Below are positions 1 through 8,689 of a stretch of DNA of 19,721 nt, piece after piece. Under the pieces are notes generated by a model. The model did no database searches. It had not been told where the DNA came from and was given only the letters and a program-made list of their open reading frames with translations. The translations under genes and the position numbers were made by a program. Source of the stretch: Octopus sinensis (lineage: Eukaryota); contig NW_021824024.1 of assembly GCF_006345805.1 (NCBI RefSeq), positions 1-19,721 of the forward strand. Reading direction: 5' to 3'. Position 1 is the stretch's first letter, and each line of letters starts with the position of its first letter.

Positions 1-1014
1 TCAGATGGTTCGTTAATAATTTTGACACAATTTTGTCCCAGGTCATAACGACAGACAATTTTTATTTTCGTTATTAATGAATTATAATTAATAGTTATTC
101 AGTTTCCGTTTTCGTTATTTGTTAAAGAATTTTGACATTAAGAATCTAAATTATAAACAAATAACTAAAAGAATGTATTCATTTTGGATTCTCTTAAATA
201 CTATAACAACAAAAATACTAACCAAAATTAACTTGAAAAAGTAATTAATTTTTATACAAAATACTCAATGTCCAATATTGTTTATTTTTGACAGGGGTAC
301 AGCCTGCACTGAGAGAACAGATAAAAAAGGATCTTTAATTGTCGTCACAAATTAAATAAGACTAAATACAATAAAACCTTTCAAATCCGCCGATTTTGAT
401 CAAAAAATCTGCGGATGCGAAAGGCAATTTGAATAATATTTTATAGTTGAAACATGAACTCACAATATAGATTAAATATTTTTTATACAAAAATGACTGA
501 AAATATTTATAAAAATAAAAAAATTATGTTTTTTATCTGACTTTCCTAACATTTTCATAATATTTTAGCGATCACCTATATTTTCATTTTCCTGAGAAGC
601 ATAGATTTTGTGAAATTTCTTAATTATTTCTTCATAATGTTTCCCCCCACTATTGCTTGGGACACGTTCTGGAGGAGCCATCTCGTCTCCAGAGGATTGT
701 GTGTTCTCAAGGTCTTGAGACGTCCAATACACTTGAGGAAGCACAACGACTCCTTCCCAATCGATCCCAGGGTTTCGACAGCAACCGGCCGGAAAACGTA
801 ACGATCGGTGAGCCCATTATATGTCACAGTCGGATAAATGGACACGCGAATAAATGGACACCTGGCTTAAAAATATTTAAAAAATATATAAATAGTTATT
901 TTATACATCAATATTAACAATTAGTTAAATATTTTAGAGAAATATTCTACTTTTTAATTTATAAAAAAAGCGTGGAACTATGCGTATTGTGAAGCTCAGC
1001 AAAGAAATTATTGA

Positions 1015-1494
1015 AAAAATCAAAAAAATCAAAGAAAACCAAGAAGAAAACACATTAGACGAACAGCGGTAAAGCCCCAGCCCTTTTGCGAACCCATCAA
1101 AGCTGAATATGCCACCGAACCTCCGAACCCTACTGTGCTTCAAAAACACAGTGAGACCCAATCCCATCAGACGACAACTGAGCCTAACAGCTCAAGCCTC
1201 ACATATTCTCTGAGTATCGAAAACCCGGCACTTGGAAAGATCAAGAGATTTAACCTCCTATCCAAGTCGCCAACTGCTTCCAAAGCCCGAATAAATGAGG
1301 TTGCGCAACGTGTGTACACGCCGACACACAGTAACGAAGCCAAAAACGTAATGAACAAGGGAGACTACGCACTGAAGATCTTCAAGAGGTCCATGGACCG
1401 GGCTGAAGAGACACGCCAGGCCAAAATCAATTTACGACGAGATTTTGATGCGACTGAGGAAAAGGATGCGTTTTCACCCCCATTTGACAACTGA
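1015..1494 (+). other. Unassigned open frame (about 160 codons, stop to stop) inside the Ginger-like element
   Basis: The frame is open from the TGA at 1012-1014 to the TGA at 1492-1494 and is GC-richer than its flanks. No integrase or other motif recognised. Confidence 0.3.
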
Positions 1495-1631
1495 AGAATT
1501 TGCGATCGTTAAGAATCGTGTCAAAACTATGGTCCCGAGAGCTAATACTATCCTCTCGTTTATAACAAATATTAGTCCTCTCGATCACCCCCGAATTTTG
1601 CAAGTTCTGAAGGGAAAAAATTTATATAATA

Positions 1632-1681
1632 AAAAAGTATCATTCCGAAATTTTGTTGAGTAATCCAAAAAGTATCATTCC
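1632..1681. repeat. 15-bp direct repeat AAAAAGTATCATTCC, two copies
   Basis: Exact copies at 1632-1646 and 1667-1681. Confidence 0.8.
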
Positions 1682-2899
1682 AATAATGATTAAAATTTGG
1701 TAGAAATTGATCATTTTAGATTTTAGGGCGCTAAAATAAAAGATCGCCAAATCCGGGAACAAATAAATAAAAGTTTGCCATAAGAATATAAAGAATAGAA
1801 CTTTCTATCAAAAAATAAGGTGAAATTCGATGAATAAAGATAAATGAGAAGATTTCAAATAAGCAATATAAACAGATTGAAAGAATAAACTCGCAAATAT
1901 TACAAAATGATGAAATTTCAGATAATTTATTAATTAAAAGAAACTACATCGCAAAATATTCCTTCTAATCCAATTAAATAAAAAAATAAAGATTGACCAA
2001 ATAATGCAACAGGACAACAAGGTATGTCAAAAGAGTGCTCACACGTGCCACAATTTATTATGTTTTCTATTAATAATTGGGTAACTAAAAATTAAGATAA
2101 TTTTAATTAAAACACAATTCTACCTAGTAGCTTATAAACAGTGTAAATACCAGAGGGGATATCTCAATGATGGTCCAGATATCTGAAATAAAGACTGCGA
2201 TAACAATATTTATTTCTGTTTCATAGAGAATCGACAATTAATTTGCAAGGAGATTGTATTTCTGAAATTTCCACTTGCCAAATTTTTTTAACAAAAAATC
2301 TATACAAATCAATTTATGATAGGCGTTTCTAGAAAGGTGATTCTAGGAAATAAAGAGTAAATTTTTTTAAATCTGAATATGCAAAACAATCATCATTTTT
2401 TGGATGTGGAAATTTTGAAAGTGTCCATTTATTCGCGTGTCCATTTATCCGACTGTGACATTATATTTCTTCTTCTTGATGTCCTCTGCTTTATCCGCAG
2501 CTGTGCCGGCATTGAAGGCATTTTCCAACATGTTTGTCTTGGACAAGGAGTCGGAACATGTTGAATCCCATACGAGAGGCTTTCCTTCCAAAAACGGAAA
2601 GATAGTCATCCCGTCTGGGCGTTTTCCATCTCCTCGGTCCAATCCAGGTGGTTCCAGCACTGATGGGAATCCGATTGAATCGAGACCTCTTCTTATAACG
2701 TCGTTGAGAGCTGAATGCCTCGGGCTCCAGAACGTGTCCCAAGCAATAGTGAGGGGAAACAGGATCGCCATCAGTTCTTCTTTACATACATGTACATTAG
2801 ATTAATTGATTTCTTATTCTAATAAATCCCCAATGTTAATTTCTTCATAATTATTTTCGTAGTTCTTAGATTCACTGTTAATTTAATTTTCTCACATTT

Positions 2900-3810
2900 T
2901 ATCAATTGAGCATGACGAAAGCAAGTTTTGATGACTCAGGAGTTACTTTATTCTAACCAAAGAATGTTAATGTGGCAACAGCTTTAAGCGTAATTGCATT
3001 ATTTTCATTCTAACAATTTTCCCCGCCTCGATCTTTTGATCATATCATTTATTTTCAAATTGGCTTTAAAGGATTTTATAATTCCTTGATCCATTCGTTG
3101 CAAGACCGAGGAAGTTCTTGAAGGCAATAAGAAAATTTTAATAGTGTTTAGCGTGACAGTAATTTGATGAGATGAGCATCGATCTATTGCAACTGAATTT
3201 TTTTGTTGTTTCTTTAAAAGTTCACAATCACTGAGCCATTTATTAAAAATTTAACGGTTCATTTATGCTTTATTAGAATGGGTGTGGATAACATAATTTC
3301 AAATGTTGAAATTTTTCATGCTTTATTGGAATTGGTGTAGATAACATAATTGCCAATGTTAACATTTTTAACAACACCTTTGAGTTTTAAATCTTCCCAT
3401 CGTTACCGGCCTTTTTTTCCAGAACCGGATTTTCCAAGTAATCGCTTTGTAAAAAACAACGGGTTAATCTACATTATAAACATTTTCCAATCCAGATTGT
3501 GTCATTAAAATCAACAATAAGTTTTTTTTATCATGATTTACAGATTCACTATCTTCTAAAAATTTCTTAACTTGAAACCATTTCTTAATTCTGGATTATT
3601 TTTTCAAAATTTAAGAGCTTTTACAATTAACATCGAATCTGATTGAATTGCTTTACTAGATTTCATTAAGTCAATACATGTTTAATCGCTCATCAAGTTC
3701 ACTGAATTTGAGTTTTGTAATTTTCGTTATGTTTAATTTTTGATATCGGTCATATTCAAAGGATCCGAATTTGATTTGAGATCGTTTATAGTTCTCAAGG
3801 AAAGTTTCTT
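2900..3810 (-). pseudogene. pogo/Tigger (DDE_1) transposase remnant
   Basis: Manual minus-strand translation gives IYNVD*..FYK (first Asp motif, about 3477-3445) and VAIDRCSSHQITVTLNTIKIFLLPSRTSSVLQRMDQGIIKSFK, matching the D-x-C-x-x-H...LPxxTxxLQPxDxGII signature. Many stops and frameshifts; boundaries approximate. Confidence 0.85.
3265..3369. repeat. Diverged 53-bp tandem duplication within the pogo transposase remnant
   Basis: ATGCTTTATTAGAATGGGTGTGGATAACATAATT... at 3265 and ATGCTTTATTGGAATTGGTGTAGATAACATAATT... at 3318. Confidence 0.85.
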
Positions 3811-3996
3811 TTTAAATCGTAAAGAGAAAATCCTAGAAATTTAAAGTGCCTAAACAAATTGGTTTTCAGAATTAAGCGTAGTAAGGAAATTTTTTGCTGA
3901 TAAAAAGTCTAACACAACGAGACATCACAGAAAAACACATTTTAGAATGTAATGATAATTTAACTTACAATTATATAAAAATACTTTTCCATAATA

Positions 3997-4361
3997 TAGT
4001 ACGACCTTAAATTGGAACACTAAGAGTTCCAAAAACCGAGGTTCTGTCAAAAAATTAATATTTCGTTTTTTATTACATCAATTATACCAATGCTGATTTC
4101 ATATTTACAAAAAAGTATTCTGTGTGAATGACTTTTTAGTTGTCGAGCACTTTCAACTTTTTTCTCGTAAATATGACTCATAGTGATTAAGCGTCGAGTT
4201 TTTTTATTCCTAATTAATTAATTTGTTTAATGACTAGAAATAAAAAATAATAATAAATTTTTCTCCAAAACGAGTTTCAAATTTAAAAGAAATTATTAAT
4301 TCTAGGCAGAGATCGTACAAAGTGTTCCATACCGAAAACTATTCCAAATAAGGTTAGACTG
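3997..4361. mobile_element. Probable degenerate pogo-type MITE inside the larger pogo element
   Basis: Left end TA|TAGTACGACCTTAAATTGGAA resembles the reverse complement of the right end, TA|CAGTCTAACCTTATTTGGAA. TA on both sides; no coding capacity. Confidence 0.45.
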
Positions 4362-4616
4362 TACTTGAAAAGCGGATTCGAAAAACAAACAGATTTGAGA
4401 ATCATCCATAAGAAAGTTTAAATTTTTGATTAAAACAATCGGGTTTGAGAAGCTGTGGATATTGAAATCAGAGAGTTTGAGAGGTTTTACTGTACTCAGT
4501 AAATAAATAAAAGACTTAATTCAGATATATATTTCAGGTTATTAAAATGTGGTCAAAATACGCATCAATGATTTAAATGATTAAAAAATAAAAATAGCGT
4601 TCAAATTACAGAAGTT

Positions 4617-5374
4617 ATGGCGTTTTGTACTAAATTTCTGATCATAATAAATATAGTCCTATTGGGGGTAGATTTCTAATAATTATAAAAACAGGTCATT
4701 GGAGGACTGGGCAGCTATGCGGGAGTAGTGATATTAAAAGATACTATTCAGAGAAACATGCTAAATAATAGTTATTTACAAACACCTGGAATTATAATTC
4801 TCTTTGCAGGAATATTTGGATTTATAGGAATGTTGTCTGGAATTTGTTATTCTTTTAAAAATAATCGATGCTGCAGTATTTTTGTAAAAAATTGAAAATA
4901 AATATAACAACTAGTTCTCGATTTGTCTATTGTGCATATTTTCGCTTGTCTTGGCCGCAACAATTATTTATTGTGTGAAAAACCACAAGTTAAAGACTAT
5001 AGTCCTAACTGTAGATGATAAACTTGATACGGAAAGAACTGCTGCGAGAAATTAAAAATTTTAATTCTAATACGAAAAATCTTGATTTTATTCAAAACAC
5101 GTTCAAATGTTGTGGTGCAGACTCCACAGCCGATTATTTGCCGTTGATTGTCCCACCTCAAAGTTGTTATTCAAAAAACGCGATTACATATAGCACTGTA
5201 ATTTAATAATGAATATATTTTTAGGGGTGCGTGGCACGAATTGACGCTTTATTAACAAAATATAAAATTTATTTAATCATTGGAGCAGTTTTGATTTGCA
5301 TTCTAACAGTTATCAATTTTATTTCAGTTATCTAGGGTCTTGGAATATTTGCTAAATATCCTAAAGATGTTTAA
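4617..5374 (+). CDS. Tetraspanin, six exons, about 201-206 aa
   Basis: Exons 4617-4667, 4695-4883, 4915-4974 (donor uncertain, possibly 4989), 5015-5197, 5225-5308 and 5336-5374, with GT-AG phase-0 introns of 27, 31, 40 (or about 26), 27 and 27 nt. The product has four hydrophobic segments, NNRCC in the inner loop, and a large extracellular loop with DFIQNTFKCCG, PQSC and GC (4-Cys type). Confidence 0.93.
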
Positions 5375-5406
5375 TATAATACCTCTAAATAATCTACTAA
5401 TCATTT

Positions 5407-5412
5407 AATAAA
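5407..5412 (+). promoter_or_regulatory. Putative polyadenylation signal of the tetraspanin gene
   Basis: AATAAA 32 nt after the stop codon; the AT-rich background weakens the call. Confidence 0.45.
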
Positions 5413-5432
5413 TCAATTTGTTTTCTAGATTC

Positions 5433-5687
5433 TGTACTTCTAAATTTGATATTTCAGTCTATTTTCTATGTCTAGACTCTAGAGGGTTCTTATATTTATT
5501 AATAGAATACAATATACAACAGTTGACTGTTCTTAAGCCTGTAGAGACTTATCTCCCCAGCTGTCTTAAGTACCGCATGTGGTATTTGGTGACCAGTCCA
5601 TCCTATGTCATCACACGGAATGACATGGACTTTGCTATATGTGTATAAGCAATCATATTACTCTTTTAATAATATAGACGTGTGACA
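5433..5687 (-). mobile_element. Possible solo LTR or other TG...CA element remnant
   Basis: TGT...ACA-bounded 255-bp segment, less AT-rich than its flanks, with a minus-strand AATAAA (about 5495-5500) and a small palindrome ATGTCAT-N8-ATGACAT. No TSD found. Confidence 0.3.
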
Positions 5688-5994
5688 TCACTTGTCTTAT
5701 TAAGAAAAACTCACAAAAATTATTTTAGATTATTGTTTTGAATAACTAATACATTTTTAAGATTTATCTGTCGATTTTCTGGCTAGTCTTCTTCTCTTAG
5801 GACCATCTAAAACAGAAAGAATATGCACTTATATTCAGTTATTAATCCTCAAGGAAGATCAAAATTATTCTCTAGTTGTAGCTCTTTAAAGTTTGTTTTT
5901 GCGTAGAAATGGATGGTTTTTGTCGACTTTTATATTCCCCAGAGCATTCTGCTGCACGACTAACTAAATATAAGCCATCGTTTCATTTTCTAAT

Positions 5995-6401
5995 ACCCAA
6001 AGAAAGAGAGCCGTTAAAATCCTACGAAGCTTGATCAGATTTCATCTGAGTCCAGAAACATACATCTACGTATACAGGACATGTGTACAACCGATTTTCA
6101 CCTACGAGTTTGAGGGCTGGTATGATACAGGTGAGAGGGTTTGTCTAATCAACAAACTTGAGAAAAAGAGGCGTTACGCCATTAAGTTGGCCTACGGTCT
6201 CGATCTCAAAGAAAAATTAGATAACTCATATGAATGCTGGAGAAGGCGCGGTTGTTTTTGTAGTGGACGTCAGATATCTAAAGTGTCCATAAGGGAAATA
6301 TGCTGCTCAGTAGAGACACTCCGGTGCCTCATTTTTTTTAAATTTCCCGTCGTCAATAATGGCTAGTTTTTCCTGTCTTCCTAACTAGTAAAATAAATAA
6401 A
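5995..6401 (+). mobile_element. 3' fragment of a LINE related to the element at 15341-17700
   Basis: IRFHLSPETYIYVYRTCVQPIFTYEFEGWY..KLAYG aligns by eye with TRFHLDPETYIYVYKTCVQPVLTYGYEGWY..KLAYG of the 578-aa ORF. The two share a 3' hairpin, and this copy ends in AAATAAATAAA. Confidence 0.88.
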
Positions 6402-6624
6402 TTGTAATTTCTATCACAAGGTTGGTCCTGTAGTGAATAGAGAAAATACGTTGCATGTAAGTAATACATATATAATTCCCGGGGAAATTTACTATTTTAA
6501 TGACATTTTAAATTTCTTCAATGGTTTTAAATGCCTAAATTTATTTAAATTGTAAAAAGGTGGTTTAAAAATATTTTAAATGACAAAAGATAAGTCTAAT
6601 TTATATCTATTAAAAATAAATTTG

Positions 6625-6636
6625 AAAAAAATAAAA
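6625..6636 (-). terminator. RNA polymerase III terminator of tRNA-Val
   Basis: T4 then T7 tracts on the minus strand 7-18 nt downstream of the tRNA 3' end. Confidence 0.65.
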
Positions 6637-6642
6637 TCAAAT

Positions 6643-6715
6643 TACCTCGACTGGGAGTTGAACCCAGAACCTCTCGCGTGTTAGGCGAGCGTGATAACCG
6701 CTACACCACCGAGGC
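6643..6715 (-). tRNA. tRNA-Val (anticodon AAC), intronless, 73 nt
   Basis: Reverse complement is GCCTCGGTGGTGTAGCGGTTATCACGCTCGCCTAACACGCGAGAGGTTCTGGGTTCAACTCCCAGTCGAGGTA. It has a 7-bp acceptor stem (two G-U pairs), D arm, CTCGC/GCGAG anticodon stem with CTAACAC loop, CTGGG-TTCAACT-CCCAG T arm and discriminator A. No encoded CCA. Confidence 0.96.
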
Positions 6716-7319
6716 GTTATTATTAATTTACTTATAAAAATAAATCCTACTTTACTGAATCGTACTCTTCATTAGGATCTTTATGTTGAGTATTGATTTT
6801 GTAATTTGAAATTTTTAATTGAACCCCTCCTATTATATGAGGTCATCTGTTCCGCGGTATCCGCCTAGCACATTGCTTAGGATGGCGAGAGCAGCTCTCG
6901 GACGCCTAAGAATTTTTTCTCAAAGGCCTCCCTGAGATCCTAGAGAAGATAATATCTGGATGGCACGTACGGCGGTAAGTATTGGCATCCATCAAAATAC
7001 TTGCTAAGGTATTTGCTGCAGTAGCTGAGATTTTGTATTCCGGACGCATGCTTTCTAATGTCTTTTTTGTTATTCTAATACACTTAAACCTTTCTATAAT
7101 GCCATTCCTGTATAATGCAACCCCGCTTACTGCCCCGTTTTTTGGTTCTTTAAATTTCTCTTTATAATGCCAAGCCCCTCCACTCAGTTATTGCTACGCA
7201 AAATTATGTGCCTTATCCGATATAACCCTATTAAATTTTTTAAATTATTATTTTTCAGTGGATCTTAAGACATTTATGATAGGATTGAAAAATCAAACTA
7301 AATTTGTGCCAAATATAAT

Positions 7320-7980
7320 GGAAATGATATTTTTAATATAGATAAGACTTGTCTTTACTATAATATGATTCCGTCAAAATCATTAACAACTCCTGATAAA
7401 ACTAAAGATAATTTTAATAAACCAACCATATTTTGAAAATGTTAAAAAATATAAAGAAAGAATTACAATTGTTTTCTGTTGTAATTCAGATGGGAGCAAA
7501 GAACTCTGTCCACTTGTGATTGGAAATCTAATAATCCGCTTTGTTTTAAAGGCTTCAATTATCATTTATATTCGGATTACAGATTTAATACTAAATCATA
7601 AATGACATCAATGATATTTCAAGATTAGATAAATGGGTTGGATAATCAAATGAGATGTGGGGGAAAAATACTTCTAATTATGGACGACTGTCCATGTCAC
7701 ATTATTCCGACGTTATCGAATATTGAAGTGCACTTTTTGCCTCTAACAACAAGTCACTTACAACCATTGGATTCCGGAATGATGCATAGTTTTACGACAC
7801 ATTACCGAAAACTACGGCTAAAAATTCGAGAAAAGAAATTGTTGATCAAAATCAATTGAGTCAACTGATTTCAACATTGAATATTAATGATGAGATGGAT
7901 GTCAACGTATATGTTTATCAATTAAAGACGTCATTTAAAAATCAGTCCTTAATATTAAAACCGGTGGAAAAGTACGGGAA
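7320..7980 (+). pseudogene. Second pogo/Tigger (DDE_1) transposase remnant
   Basis: DIFNIDKTCLYY, KERITIVFCCNSDGSKELCPLVIG and LLIMDDCPCH..IEVHFLPLTTSHLQPLDSG. Stops and frameshifts present; paired TIRs not identified. Confidence 0.88.
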
Positions 7981-8501
7981 TTTTAAAAGAAAATATCCAA
8001 TTAGTCACTACAAAAGAAACCTGTGAAAAAATAGAATTCAGATTGAGAATTTAATTTTTAAATATCGAAAACACATTAGGAGTGTAAATATTGTCAGTTT
8101 TTGGTAACTAACAAGATCGCAAAAAAGGGAAAACCATTTACTAACGTGAACATATCAATTCATGTTTTATTAAATCTGCGAAGAACTATTTTACGAATTT
8201 TGAAATAAGAAAGAAATTATTAATAAGATAATAAATATAACTTAATCTTTGAAGAAATTAGGAATCATATTTCTCATTAATGAGACTAATCAATTTTATT
8301 TTTTAATGAATTCTTAAATATTATAAAATTTTAGTTGTAAATTTTGTTTTTTATGAAAGGTCCTAGTGATTACTCCTATTGATGGATTAAGAAAGATGCC
8401 AACAAACCCCCATTCATTGGTAGTTATCATCAGTAATGTCGACGACTCTGAATCCACTTGGATATCTCATGTCGATGCTACTAAGAAGAGGATGGCTCCT
8501 C

Positions 8502-8562
8502 AATTTGTCTGAATTTCCAAGAATGTGAAAATTTGGCTTTTTGCCAAAAGTATTTACCGACT
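8502..8562 (+). repeat. 61-bp dispersed repeat (second copy 10980-11040), probably a hAT dimerisation-domain remnant
   Basis: Both copies read AATTTRTCTGAATTTCC...GCCAAAAGTATTTACCGACT with the same spacing and an identical last 20 bp. Translation resembles the FPxLxxxAxKYL motif. Confidence 0.55.
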
Positions 8563-8689
8563 GGAATGAAAATCCCAAAATCTGCTTCTTTGGTGGACAC
8601 TTATTGCTTTGTCCCTGGGCTAATTTCAAAACCAATTAGGTAAATGCGCAAAAAGCTCTCTAAAAATATAAAAAGATAAACGGAAAATC

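Larger units (their letters stand above)
822..2460. mobile_element. Non-autonomous TIR element with TGT...ACA ends (Ginger-like), 1639 bp
   Basis: Perfect 40-bp TIRs TGTCACAGTCGGATAAATGGACACGCGAATAAATGGACAC (822-861; reverse complement at 2421-2460) and a 5-bp TSD TTATA (817-821, 2461-2465). Removing the element plus one TSD restores the RLE frame KKKKYNGLTD. TGTNR termini with 4-6-bp TSDs are characteristic of Ginger elements. Confidence 0.9.
639..2838. mobile_element. 5'-truncated, 5'-inverted RLE-type (CRE/R2-superfamily-like) non-LTR retrotransposon copy, interrupted by a Ginger-like element
   Basis: Minus strand 2724->639 (skipping 822-2465) reads RHSALNDVIRRGL..EPPGLDRGDGKRPDG..WDSTCSD..KKKKYN/GLTDRYVFRPVAVETLG..LLQNVSQAIVGGN, the RLE motif series RH..EP..RPD..D..K..KY. 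Plus strand 2725-2805 carries the true C-terminus LQNVSQAIVRGNRIAISSSLHTCTLD*, followed by AATAAA at 2821. The unit is flanked by a 13-bp direct repeat ATTTCTTCATAAT (626-638 and 2839-2851). Confidence 0.88.
369..4492 (-). mobile_element. Decayed pogo/Tigger-type DNA transposon hosting nested insertions
   Basis: Left end TA|CAATAAAACCTTTCAAA (369-385) matches the reverse complement of the right end TTTGAGAGGTTTTACTG|TA (4476-4492) at 15/17 positions, and both are flanked by TA. A minus-strand DDE_1 transposase remnant lies inside. About 1.5 kb remains after removing the nested insertions. Confidence 0.75.

Noticed and set aside
1-140. Repeated TTTCGTTA and AATTTTGACA words suggesting a TE subterminal region
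   Set aside because: No TIR partner or TSD could be defined, and the window edge truncates it.
385-416. Hairpin ATCCGCCGATTTT...AAAATCTGCGGAT as a possible terminator or ncRNA
   Set aside because: It lies directly inside the pogo TIR and is better explained as subterminal inverted motifs.
610-917. Plus-strand ORFs 610-801 and 657-917 (and ORFs 2379-2564, 2491-2742)
   Set aside because: Antisense or off-frame shadows of the RLE fragment and TIR; not independent genes.
624-2805. Paired ORFs both starting MSIYPTVT as a possible invertible or shuffling cassette
   Set aside because: The shared N-terminus is just the 40-bp TIR read outward from each end, and the shared LQNVSQAIV is the duplicated segment of the inverted retrotransposon.
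5015-5206. 63-aa ORF as a stand-alone gene
   Set aside because: It is exon 4 of the tetraspanin; its ATG directly follows a splice acceptor.
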